Source: an uncultured Actinomycetes bacterium (lineage in GTDB: Bacteria > Actinomycetota > UBA4738 > HRBIN12). Taken from it: a DNA stretch of 64,000 nt. The notes under the pieces were generated by a model. That model ran no database searches. It had not been told where the DNA came from and saw only the letters and a list, made by a program, of their open reading frames with translations. Below, piece by piece: positions 28,720-38,029 of this stretch (position 1 is its first letter; each line of letters begins with the position of its first letter). A program made the position numbers and the translations under genes. The stretch lies in contig CAWFKP010000005.1 of assembly GCA_963816425.1 (NCBI GenBank), positions 23,693 to 87,692 on the forward strand, written 5' to 3'.

Positions 28720-29949
28720 ATGGATGTACCTGGATCTTCGTTCGGGTTCGTGACGTCGCTGTTCATGCCGGCGGAGGCTGGGAAGTTGGGTGTCGTGATG
28801 CACCCGGCGGGCGACTGGACGTTCGCGCCGGAGCTCTTCCCCTCTGATATTGATGCCGCCGCATGGGGTCGTCCGCCGATCGGCTCCGACACGCCGCTGC
28901 CCCAGGCCGTGCGTCAAGCGATCCAGCGAGAGCTCGCGCTCCGGAGCTTCGCCAGCAAGGTTCCAAGCGGATACCGGCGCCGAGCCATCCATCGGTTGCC
29001 CCCGCCCACCTACGGTATCGGGGGAAGCAGGTCCGCGATCCGCGGCCTCGTATTGAGTGGCGCGATCGTCTCGGTCGAACGGGACACCGGGACGCCGATC
29101 GTCCTCGACGGCGTCGCGGAGGCGGCGAGCTTGGTTCGTACGGAGAGGCTGCGGCTCGGTGCAGGGGTGGCTGCCTCGCTGCTTGCCTGGCGCTCCGACG
29201 GCAGGAAGACGTTCGTCCGACTCGGCCCGGCGGGCGGCCGAGACGATCCGGCGCGCATCGCGCGTTGCCTCGACATGCTTCGCGCTTCCGGCGTGGATCA
29301 CGTCCCGAGGGTCCTGGCCCGCGGTCGCGTCGGTGCGACCTCATGGACTGTCGAATCGTTACTCCCGGGCCGAAGGCCCCGTGCACTCACGTCGGATCTC
29401 GTCGTATCGGTCGCTCGTAGTCTGGCACGGCTCCCGAGGCAGGAAGGTCCACCCGCTGCGCATCGCGACGATCTCGAGATCATCGCCGGCGCATTCCCGG
29501 ATCGTCGGCCGGTACTCGACGCGATCGGCCGCCGGATCGACCACGCCGTCGGGTCGATGCCCGGCGTGCTGCGCCACGGCGACCTCTGGGCGGGCAACCT
29601 CCTGATCCAGCATCGATCGCTCTGCGGCATCGTGGACTGGGATACGTGGCACCCATCGGGCGTCCCCGCTGCCGACCTGTTGCACATGATCGTCACCGAC
29701 CTGTCGATGAAGACTCGGCGGCCGCGAGGCACGCTATGGGCCGCCCGCCCATGGACGGCGCCGATGTTCAAAACGGTCCTTCTCAGGAACTGGCCCACGA
29801 GCGTCCCCGTCCCTGATGAACGCTCGTTCGAGGCGATCGCGCATGCGGGATGGGCTGCCCAGGTCGCCGCGAACCTGACACATTCCCCGGAGCTCTCGAG
29901 GAGGCAGCGCTGGATCTCGGGCAACATCGACCCGATCACGGGCCGATGA
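28720..29949 (+). CDS. aminoglycoside/choline-kinase-fold (APH-like) phosphotransferase
   Basis: 409-aa ORF preceded by GAAGGTGAGG. It has a Brenner-type catalytic loop (VLRHGDLWAGNLLI) and the metal-binding GIVDWDTW. Confidence 0.65.
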   Translation: MDVPGSSFGFVTSLFMPAEAGKLGVVMHPAGDWTFAPELFPSDIDAAAWGRPPIGSDTPLPQAVRQAIQRELALRSFASKVPSGYRRRAIHRLPPPTYGIGGSRSAIRGLVLSGAIVSVERDTGTPIVLDGVAEAASLVRTERLRLGAGVAASLLAWRSDGRKTFVRLGPAGGRDDPARIARCLDMLRASGVDHVPRVLARGRVGATSWTVESLLPGRRPRALTSDLVVSVARSLARLPRQEGPPAAHRDDLEIIAGAFPDRRPVLDAIGRRIDHAVGSMPGVLRHGDLWAGNLLIQHRSLCGIVDWDTWHPSGVPAADLLHMIVTDLSMKTRRPRGTLWAARPWTAPMFKTVLLRNWPTSVPVPDERSFEAIAHAGWAAQVAANLTHSPELSRRQRWISGNIDPITGR

Positions 29950-29959
29950 TCGCCAAGAT

Positions 29960-31240
29960 TCATGATGGTCCCGGCGACTCCCTGACGGAACGCGACCGGC
30001 GCCGACACACCTCCCAGATCACGCGCGTGACACTGCGGCGAAGATCTTGGAGATCGGCGGTTGCATCGACGACGATCGTGCCTGGGCGGCGCTCGACGAG
30101 CCCTAGGTATTGTCGCCTTCGGCGTGCGAGGACGTCGACGGGTTGTTCGTGCTTGCGCTGGACGAGCACCTCGGCCGGGGCGTCCAACACGATCATGAGA
30201 TCCGGCTCCGGAACGCTATGCCCGATCAGCCAACGAACCGCGCGTCGACCGGCCGGCGCATGTCGCGTCGCCGGAAGCGTGGCGTCAATCGGATAGCGAT
30301 CGAAGATCACCATCGACCCGCTCGCGCTGAGGGATCGGGCTCGCGCGTACCGGCCCCATTGTGCGACGAGCCGAGCCGGTAGTGACGGCGGCCTGTCGCC
30401 TCGCGTCGACGCGAGAGCGTCTCGGTGCATGCCCATATACAAGGTCTCGACGGCGAATGGAAAGGCGCCCCGGAGGGTGGCGGAGAGCGTGGTCTTCCCC
30501 GACCCGTCGGGCCCAACGAGCGCCACCGTGAGTCCGCGCTTGCCGAGCGGCGTCGCGCGGGTCCCGTTCAGCCACCGCGCGGCCGCATGCCTGGACGGCG
30601 AGATCTGGAAGCATGAACGAAGAAGCGGACGCGTCGCCTCGAGTGCTTCCCAATCACCGACGTGGACTCCGCGGAGCAACGTGTCGGCCGTGACGTGGGG
30701 GGATGCCACTCTGTCGACGATGGCGCCAAGCCCATCCGAGGCCACCGCGTGTTCAGCGAGGTCGCGGAGCCGTGCGCGGTGTGCGCGGCTTATCTCCGAC
30801 TTGTCGAGCAGACTATCCAAGAGCAGCATCCAGAACGCCTCGCCGTCCTCGAGAACGGATACATCGTCCGATCGCCGGCGCCGGAGACTCTCGGCACCAT
30901 TCGGCAGCTTCGGACATCGATACGGGCCCCATCGAAGATCGGTCACGACGTGGAGCGTGACCCATGCATCAGTTGTTGCGTCGTACCCGATGAGGGAACC
31001 GTGTGCGGGCTCGGAGCCTCTGATCGGTATGAATCCGTGACGGGCGAAGAGGCGGCGAACCCGTGGCGAGCCGGCGCTTGGGAGCAGCAGATAGATGGCG
31101 TTCGCCGCATCACCGACAGGCCGGTCCCCACCGAGCACGCACCACTCGACGCCCGCCGCATCGAGCGCGTCGAACACGCGTCGGAGTATCGAGGGAAGTG
31201 GCGGGGTCCACGGTGCACCGGTGGCGGGGGGAGCGGTCAT
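29960..31240 (-). CDS. two-domain protein: N-terminal domain of unknown function (weak nucleotidyltransferase-like look) + C-terminal thymidylate-kinase-like P-loop kinase
   Basis: The ATG at 31240 overlaps the upstream GT2 stop (ATGA) and is preceded by AGGAGG. It has Walker A (VALVGPDGSGKTTL), then IFDRYPIDA and LMIVLDAPAEV, as in dTMP-kinase-like NMP kinases. ORF codons upstream of 31240 overlap the GT2 gene. Confidence 0.55.
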   Translation of the reverse strand: MTAPPATGAPWTPPLPSILRRVFDALDAAGVEWCVLGGDRPVGDAANAIYLLLPSAGSPRVRRLFARHGFIPIRGSEPAHGSLIGYDATTDAWVTLHVVTDLRWGPYRCPKLPNGAESLRRRRSDDVSVLEDGEAFWMLLLDSLLDKSEISRAHRARLRDLAEHAVASDGLGAIVDRVASPHVTADTLLRGVHVGDWEALEATRPLLRSCFQISPSRHAAARWLNGTRATPLGKRGLTVALVGPDGSGKTTLSATLRGAFPFAVETLYMGMHRDALASTRGDRPPSLPARLVAQWGRYARARSLSASGSMVIFDRYPIDATLPATRHAPAGRRAVRWLIGHSVPEPDLMIVLDAPAEVLVQRKHEQPVDVLARRRRQYLGLVERRPGTIVVDATADLQDLRRSVTRVIWEVCRRRSRSVRESPGPS

Positions 31241-32199
31241 CGCCTCCTGAATCGTGCGTCGTGGGTGTGAGGCGGGACGTTGCCGACCACGTCGGCGCGC
31301 GATCCGCGACGACGATGCACCTCCCGGAGACCGTCGAGCGCTCCACCGAAATAGGCGGTGTCCCGTTTCGTGACGGTTCGAAGCAATTCGAATCCGAACC
31401 GACCGGTCATCCCCCATGCGAACGCAAGACGATTGAGGACGGGACCCTTGAGGTGCTTCGAGTAGAACCAGAAATTGTTCACCACGTGCATCGCGGATTT
31501 CTCCCGCGTGCCGATCCGGGCAGTTGGCGTCTTCAGGTGCAGGAACCCGGCGTTGGGGATAGCGAGCATCTGGTAGTGCCGGCTGATCCGATACGAAAGG
31601 TCGATATCCTCTTTCAGCGCATAACCAGCGAGACTCTCGTCGAGCAAGAACTCCCGAAGCACGTCCGCACGGAACGCGCACGCGGTGAGCCGGAGCACCT
31701 CGATCTCGACAGGGCGTGTGGGAGCGACGGGCAACGTGTAGTACCCGGATCGGAGCATCCGGCCCGGGGATCGCCGCGTGTGCCTCGATTGCATGAAGAT
31801 GCACCGGAAGGCGCGTGCCGGCCACGGCCGGAGGATGTCGTTCCGCATCGTTCCCTGCACGGCAGCGAGGCGTGGCCCTCCCGTCTGGAATGCCTGCACG
31901 ATGTCGCCGATGAACCGAGGCTCGAGAACGACATCGTCGTCCACGATGATGATCATGTCGCCGCTCGCCGCCCGTATCCCCACGTTCAGCTGGGCCGTCC
32001 GTCCCGGTGCGGCCCTCAGTGGAGCGACGCGGATCCCTTTCGACAGCAGCTCTTCTCGTATTGGAGTGGGAGCGGGTGGGGAACTCGCGTCCACGATCAC
32101 GACCTCATCGGGGAGGACACGTTGGTCGATCACACTCGCGAGACAACGTCGAAGCTCATCGGGACGGTCGAGCGTCGTGATCAGTAACGTTGGGCGCAT
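31237..32199 (-). CDS. family 2 glycosyltransferase
   Basis: 320-aa ORF. LLITTLDRPDELRRCLASV...VVIVDAS...IIIVDDDVV is the GT-A DxD pattern. Confidence 0.8.
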   Translation of the reverse strand: MRPTLLITTLDRPDELRRCLASVIDQRVLPDEVVIVDASSPPAPTPIREELLSKGIRVAPLRAAPGRTAQLNVGIRAASGDMIIIVDDDVVLEPRFIGDIVQAFQTGGPRLAAVQGTMRNDILRPWPARAFRCIFMQSRHTRRSPGRMLRSGYYTLPVAPTRPVEIEVLRLTACAFRADVLREFLLDESLAGYALKEDIDLSYRISRHYQMLAIPNAGFLHLKTPTARIGTREKSAMHVVNNFWFYSKHLKGPVLNRLAFAWGMTGRFGFELLRTVTKRDTAYFGGALDGLREVHRRRGSRADVVGNVPPHTHDARFRRR

Positions 32200-32257
32200 T
32201 CATGCACTCGTGGGCCGGAGTCCGCCTTGACCACTTGCCTGCACGAGACCCCCGTCA

Positions 32258-33424
32258 TCACTCCGATTCCGACTGTGTTCGGGATTGGCCGATCTGTCGC
32301 CGAGGATGCGATGAGACCTCATCATAGAGGCCGGCGAATGAGTCGGTCATCGCGCGTGCCGAGAAGCGTCGGTTCGCCGCATCCCGGGCGCGTGTTCCCG
32401 CGGCGACGAGGTCCTCATCGAGAGCAGCGCGGATCGCAGCGGCGAGCGTGGCCGGGCGGGCGGCAGGCACGAGCCATCCCGTGTCGCCGTCGACCACCAC
32501 CTCGGCGTTCCCGCCCACCGTCGTCGCGACCACGGCTCGACCCGCGGCCATCGCCTCGATGATCGCGGTCGGGAGGCCCTCGAATCTCGAGGGGAGGACG
32601 AAGAGAGACGCTCGAGCAAGCAGACTCGCGATATCCCCCCGCTCCCCGAGGAGGATCACGCTTCCTTCGAGCCCGGCTTCGCGGATCCGTTCCTCGAGGA
32701 CCCCCCGCGACGGTCCCTCTCCGGCGATCACGAAGCGAACGTCCTGGCCGAAGGGTCCACACGCCACTGCATCGATCAGATCGTCCAACCCCTTCTGGGG
32801 ATGAAGGCGAGCGACGGTCAGGCAGACGCGCGTATCGGAAGAGATCCCGATCGAGGAGAGATCCGCGGGCGTTGCGTGCGCGTACCGGCCCAGATCGACG
32901 CCGTCGTACACCAGGCGGACACCCGCTCGGGCGACGCCGAAAGCGGTGGAGACGTTGTCCGCCACCGCATCCGAGTTCGCGACGAACATCCGCACCGCTC
33001 GCGAGGTTGCCTTGGCCACCGTCATGGTCAGCCTCCCGACGACGGGACCAAGCCGAACAAGGCAATCCTGCGGATAGAGGTTGACCACGTTGTTGATCAC
33101 CGGCACGCCGGAGAACCGTCCGATCCGACCAAGCAGGTCGGCTCGGATGGTCCTGGTGTGTATCACGTCAGGCCGGATGCGTTGCAGGAGAGAGGCGAAC
33201 GCTCGGATCCCTCGAGGGTCGGTCATGGAGGTCATGCCCAGATTCACGATGCGGACGCCGGACCCCGACGTCTCGCGGATCAACGCGGAATCGGTAGGAC
33301 CGTGCGTGGCGACGAGGATCGGTTCGACGCCGGAGGTAGGCAGGTTCCGTGCCAGCGTGGCCATCACGCTGCCCGGCCCGCTCCCATCGAGGACGGAGAC
33401 GAGCAGGACGGCACGCACACTCAC
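32258..33424 (-). CDS. family 4 (GT-B, group 1) glycosyltransferase
   Basis: 388-aa ORF whose GTG start overlaps the upstream stop (GTGA). LPSRFEGLPTAIIEAMAAGRAVVAT is the E(x7)E motif region. Confidence 0.8.
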   Translation of the reverse strand: MSVRAVLLVSVLDGSGPGSVMATLARNLPTSGVEPILVATHGPTDSALIRETSGSGVRIVNLGMTSMTDPRGIRAFASLLQRIRPDVIHTRTIRADLLGRIGRFSGVPVINNVVNLYPQDCLVRLGPVVGRLTMTVAKATSRAVRMFVANSDAVADNVSTAFGVARAGVRLVYDGVDLGRYAHATPADLSSIGISSDTRVCLTVARLHPQKGLDDLIDAVACGPFGQDVRFVIAGEGPSRGVLEERIREAGLEGSVILLGERGDIASLLARASLFVLPSRFEGLPTAIIEAMAAGRAVVATTVGGNAEVVVDGDTGWLVPAARPATLAAAIRAALDEDLVAAGTRARDAANRRFSARAMTDSFAGLYDEVSSHPRRQIGQSRTQSESE

Positions 33425-34824
33425 GTCACAGCCACCGTGGGCCTGTTCGTCTCCGGAGTCACGGTGACAGAGCGGGGAGCTTTCCGGGAGCGATCGGGCA
33501 TCGTTTCCCAGCAGACATACGCCACCCCCGCGATCAACCAGAAGTAGAACTGGTACGCGCCCTTGCCAAGGTTGTTGCTCGCGACGCTCACCGCCGTGTA
33601 GCCGAGCGCCAAACCCAGGAACGCCCGGGGGAGGTCTCCCCGTGCGGCTCCGATACGCACGCCCATCCGATCGAGAGACAAGATGAGAAGGACGAACGCG
33701 ACGAACCCGATGATCCCCCCTTCGACCAATGCACGAAGGAAGTCATTGTGCGCAGCGACGTTGACGGACGCGAGCGTGGACCCCCATCCTCTCCCTAAGA
33801 TCGGCTGCGTCTTCCACAGTCCCAGATCCCGGTTCCATAACGCCAGCCTGCCCAGGAGTGAGTTCCCAGTGTTATTGCCCTGCATCGGATGGAGGAAGTC
33901 AGTTAGACGCACGAGAAGTCGGGGCACGGCCGCAACGACAACGAGGGCACTGGCGGCCGCGGCCGCGAGAACCCAACGGTGACGCCATCCGACCACAACG
34001 ACGAGGATCGCCATGGCACCCCACGCGTTCCGACTCAACGTGAGAGCCGTGGAGGCGAACGCTGCAAGGCCGATCACGTCCACGAGCAGGCGCATCCGGC
34101 CGGTCAACTCCCATCTGAGTCCCCAGGCCGCGCCGGTCACTGCGACGAGGTAGAAGCCGTACGTGTTCGGATGATCGAACGTGGACTCTATCCGCAAGCC
34201 GCCGTGGAGAGCATCAGTGTGCCCGATCGACTGGCTGAGTTGCCAGAAACCGATCAGGATCGGCACGCACGCGCTCGCGACGACCGCACCAAGGAACGCG
34301 CGGAGCACCTTTGGCTCGGGACGAGCCGTCACGATGACGAGGAACGCGGCGTACGGGGCAGCGAACTTCACGAGATCGCGGGCGCCAATTGGGGGCGCCG
34401 ATGAGTACAGAAGGCTTCCCGTCGCGATCGTCAACAGCAGCACGGCCGGCCAGAACGTCGGGGCCCTCCACACGGGCACTCCTGTTCGGATCCGATCCAG
34501 CAGCCACAGCAGCAAGCCCCCGAGGATCGCGATCGTCAAGAGGTCGGGCGGGCTCAGTCCCACCCCGAACGGACTGAGCAGGACATGTGACTGGAGACCC
34601 TCCAAGCTCGCACGGACGACGGCGAGGACGAGGAGAACCCGAACCGGATCGAGCGCCACCAGCAACATGGCCACGCCGCCGAACAGCGCGGCCATCGCCA
34701 ACGAGAGGTCCACCTTCCGCGTCAGCGAGGCCGTCACTGCGGCGGCGACGGCCGCGAACCCGAGGATCACGAGATCGAGGCCGAGGCGCTTGAACCGGCC
34801 TGTTGTGGCGGCTCTACTCGACAT
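33421..34824 (-). CDS. O-antigen ligase / Wzy-like polymerase family membrane protein
   Basis: 467-aa ORF with 10 or more hydrophobic helices. A loop with ...SRNAWGAMAILVV... and AHNDFLRALVEGGIIG is typical of the Wzy_C/O-antigen-ligase family. Its start overlaps the upstream gene by 11 nt. Confidence 0.7.
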   Translation of the reverse strand: MSSRAATTGRFKRLGLDLVILGFAAVAAAVTASLTRKVDLSLAMAALFGGVAMLLVALDPVRVLLVLAVVRASLEGLQSHVLLSPFGVGLSPPDLLTIAILGGLLLWLLDRIRTGVPVWRAPTFWPAVLLLTIATGSLLYSSAPPIGARDLVKFAAPYAAFLVIVTARPEPKVLRAFLGAVVASACVPILIGFWQLSQSIGHTDALHGGLRIESTFDHPNTYGFYLVAVTGAAWGLRWELTGRMRLLVDVIGLAAFASTALTLSRNAWGAMAILVVVVGWRHRWVLAAAAASALVVVAAVPRLLVRLTDFLHPMQGNNTGNSLLGRLALWNRDLGLWKTQPILGRGWGSTLASVNVAAHNDFLRALVEGGIIGFVAFVLLILSLDRMGVRIGAARGDLPRAFLGLALGYTAVSVASNNLGKGAYQFYFWLIAGVAYVCWETMPDRSRKAPRSVTVTPETNRPTVAVT

Positions 34825-36352
34825 ATCCCAGGGACCTCAGGTGCTCCAGCACGGCTGCTTCCTCTTCGTCGGAATAGGCGGATGACGACCGCACGGCTTC
34901 TGTCGGCGTACTCGTGTGGAGGCCGGCGAGGGGCGTCGAGGGGGAGATGAGACTTCTGCCGTCGAGCGTCGGGACCTCCAGTCCGAGGAGCGCGAGGATC
35001 GTGGGAGTGATGTCCGGGGCCTCCCCGTCGACCCTTTCGGTGGCACCGGCACCCCGGATGGCGACCACCCCTTCGGTTCGGTGCGTGCCCCACGCGACGT
35101 CTTCCCTGGAGACCCACGGCGTGGCCGCGTGGAGTCCATCGTGCAGTTCGACGGATCCGTCGACCATGTCACACAACAGGTCCGGCGCGCCCATCGCTAC
35201 CGATGATGCCTCTCCCCGTGAGTCGACCGCTCGGACGAGCGGCTCTCCCTCCGGGTCTCGCAGAGCGAGGAGGAGGTCGGTAACGTTGGTCCGCAGCTGT
35301 TCGTCGGACGGATCACCGAGCCACACCCCCGACTGGTAGCTCGGGCCGGTCCAGGCCCGGCGCACGGCACCGTCGCTCGGCCGGGCGGAAAGTCTCTTCT
35401 TGGCCCAGGTGCGTGCGCCAGAGGGCAGGAACGTCGATGCTCGAGAGCGTCCCAGGATCATCGTCGACCGGCGGACACGTCCGACTCGAGGAGCATCGAG
35501 GATGCCTTCGCGGGCGAGAACCAGATCGAAGAACACCTCTGCTCGAAGTGGCCCGAACCCGTGGTCGGAACAGGTCACCACGGCGGTCGACGGCGGAAGC
35601 GCCGCGAGGAGCCCGCCGATCGCCTCGTCGAGGGCGCGCAGGGGACCGGCAGCGGCTCGACGGAGCCGCCGCGACTTGCGGCTCTCGTACCGCTGGTCCC
35701 CTGGAACCAGGTCCTTCCACCATGGGTGCCCCAGGCGATCTGGCAAGACGAAGACGACCGCGAAGAGATCCCAGGGCTGCTCGCGCGCAAGGCGCGCCAC
35801 GGCGCGTCCGCGCGCCTCCGTCATGCGCTGGAGCAGCTCGAGGGCTCGAGCAGGCTCTCGAGCCCCCTCTCGGACCGGCACATCGACGACATAATCGCTC
35901 GGGATGAGCTCGTCGACGAGCCCCGGCGGTGACGTGAACGAAGCCCCCGGCGGCACCGGCATCCCCGACACCAGTACCCCGTCGATCGGAGTGGGCGGAT
36001 GTGTCATCGGAACGTTCACGACGATCGAGCGACCTCCGGATGCACCCACGAAGTCCCAGACCCGGGGCGTCAGCACGCGATCACCCGTCAACGGTCGACC
36101 CGCCCGATCCGTGAAGCCAAATATGCCGTGGCGATCCGGGCGCATCCCCGTCGTGATGCTCGTCCAGCCTGGTGCCGTGTACGGAGGCAGCGTGGACGCG
36201 AGCACACCGGTGGCGGATTCCCTCAGCAGGGAAAGCAGGTTCGGCATCGTCTCCTTCACGATCGGCGCCTCGAGGAAGGCGGGGCCGAGGCCGTCCAACC
36301 CGAGCAGGAGCACGCGACTGGAGGCGCGGGCACTCACGTCGCTACTCGACAT
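34814..36352 (-). CDS. cytoplasmic alkaline-phosphatase-superfamily protein, NPP (type I phosphodiesterase/nucleotide pyrophosphatase)-like, paralogue 1
   Basis: ATG at 36352. It has LLLGLDGLGP, YTAPGWTSITTGMRPDRHGIFGF, PDRLGHPWW, CSDHGFGP and GTHR. The C-terminal tail is EEEAAVLEHLRSLGYVE. There is no signal peptide. Confidence 0.7.
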   Translation of the reverse strand: MSSSDVSARASSRVLLLGLDGLGPAFLEAPIVKETMPNLLSLLRESATGVLASTLPPYTAPGWTSITTGMRPDRHGIFGFTDRAGRPLTGDRVLTPRVWDFVGASGGRSIVVNVPMTHPPTPIDGVLVSGMPVPPGASFTSPPGLVDELIPSDYVVDVPVREGAREPARALELLQRMTEARGRAVARLAREQPWDLFAVVFVLPDRLGHPWWKDLVPGDQRYESRKSRRLRRAAAGPLRALDEAIGGLLAALPPSTAVVTCSDHGFGPLRAEVFFDLVLAREGILDAPRVGRVRRSTMILGRSRASTFLPSGARTWAKKRLSARPSDGAVRRAWTGPSYQSGVWLGDPSDEQLRTNVTDLLLALRDPEGEPLVRAVDSRGEASSVAMGAPDLLCDMVDGSVELHDGLHAATPWVSREDVAWGTHRTEGVVAIRGAGATERVDGEAPDITPTILALLGLEVPTLDGRSLISPSTPLAGLHTSTPTEAVRSSSAYSDEEEAAVLEHLRSLGYVE

Positions 36353-38029
36353 ATCCGAGCCCCTCGAGGCGCTCTCGGATCTCGGCCTCCTCCTCCTCGG
36401 TGAAGCCACTGGCCTCTTCCTCGTCGATGATGCCGCTTCCCCCTTGTCGCGTCGGGACCGACGCAACGAGGTCGGATGAGAACGCGTCCGTCAGGATCTT
36501 GCCGTCCACGTCGGAGGGGATCGGCGCCTGTCGTAAGAAGAGCACCGTCGGCGCGATGTCCGCGATGCGGGCCCCTTCGATCCTGCCCGGACGGACCCCG
36601 GGTCCTCGGAGCCCGACGATGCCCAGTCGATCGTGCCCTCCGTTGAGAAGGTGGTCGAACGGATCATCCGGAAGGTGCTGCTTCGAGAGGCTGAACGAGC
36701 GACCGTCGGGATACCGCAGGTCGAGGCAACTCCCCTCGCCGGCCCACTCGATGACGAGATCAGGGGAGCGTTCAACGAACGGGCCCGAATACGCTTCCTC
36801 CCGGCGCAGAACGCGCTTGACGAGAGGCTGCCCGGTCGTGACGCACACAGCTGACGTCAGGGAGTCGATGATCTCCTGCCTGAGGGCCTCGTAGTCTTCC
36901 GGTGCGACGATCCCTTCCGGCTGTCGACCGCGGACGTTGAGCCAGATCTCAGGGCGCTTCCCATCGGTGTAGGCCTTCGTCCGCGACCAGTCCAGTCGAG
37001 CGAAGGACATCATCACCTCGACCTTGCGCCGGAGCGCCGGGAACCGACGTGCGAGTTTGTGCCTTGTCTCGGGCGCGAGTCGCTTGTCGAGCTCTCGATA
37101 GACGCGGGTTGCAGTCTTGTACAGGAACGAGCTCGACCCGCTCTGACCGACGTTCGTCCTGTACGTCAACAGGCCGAGATGCTCGAGCCAGCTCGGAAGC
37201 GCGCGAGCAAGACCGTCGTCGTACCGAGCTCCGTGATCGGAGACGAGCATGATCACCGCGTCCTTCCCCGCGGCGGCCATCAACCGTCCGAGCGCTCGGT
37301 CGAGGTGCTCATAGGTATCGCGGATCGCGTCCACCTGCCGCGGCGGATCCGTCGGGGGATGGATCCTGCATGTGCCTCCAGAAGAAGTGCTGAACGACGT
37401 CGGACTCGGTGAACACCACCATGAAGGCGTCCCATGCGTGCGTCGTCATGAGATGCTCTGCCACCCGCGCGCGCTTGTCGATCGATTGATGCAGGCGATC
37501 GAGACCCTGATCGACCTGGTCGGCGATCAGGAAACGTGCGAGTGCCGGGTGGATGAAGTACTCGCCACCGGCAGCCTTCACCACCTCGTGGCGGAGCTCG
37601 GGCGGATAGGTGAATCGAGGGTCGTTCGTTCCCGGGCTGTCGAGCCCGGCAGACGAAGACGCCGTTCACGGTCTCGGCGGGGTAGCTGACCGGGACGTTC
37701 ACGATCCCGACACGCTGTCCCTCCTCCGACAGGATCCGCCAGAACGCCTTCCCCTGTCGGAACGAGCCGTTGACGAATCGATACTCGTAACTCTCGGGTT
37801 TGTCCTCGGTGAACCAAAAGATCCCATGCTTGCCGGGGTTGAGCCCGGTCACCATCGTCGACCAGGCAGGGCCACTGTGCCGATTGGGTACCGATTCGAG
37901 CGATCCCCATGCGCCCTCGGAGATGAATGAGGCGATGTTCGGGAGTCGATCTTCCGCGACCCACTTCTCGACGAGAGCAGGTGTCGCGGCATCGAGTCCG
38001 ACGATCAGAACCTTCCTCGGCTCGGTCAT
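36342..38029 (-). CDS. NPP-like alkaline-phosphatase-superfamily protein, paralogue 2; frame broken twice (about 37646-37652 and the G5 run at 37354-37358)
   Basis: Three ORF pieces (37280..38218, 37309..37584, 36342..37334) are collinear with the paralogues: LIVGLDAATP, HSGPAWSTMVTGLNPGKHGIFWF, ESDVVQHFFW, VSDHGARY. The tail is EEEEAEIRERLEGLGYVE. The ATG at 38029 overlaps the upstream stop (ATGA). Confidence 0.65.
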
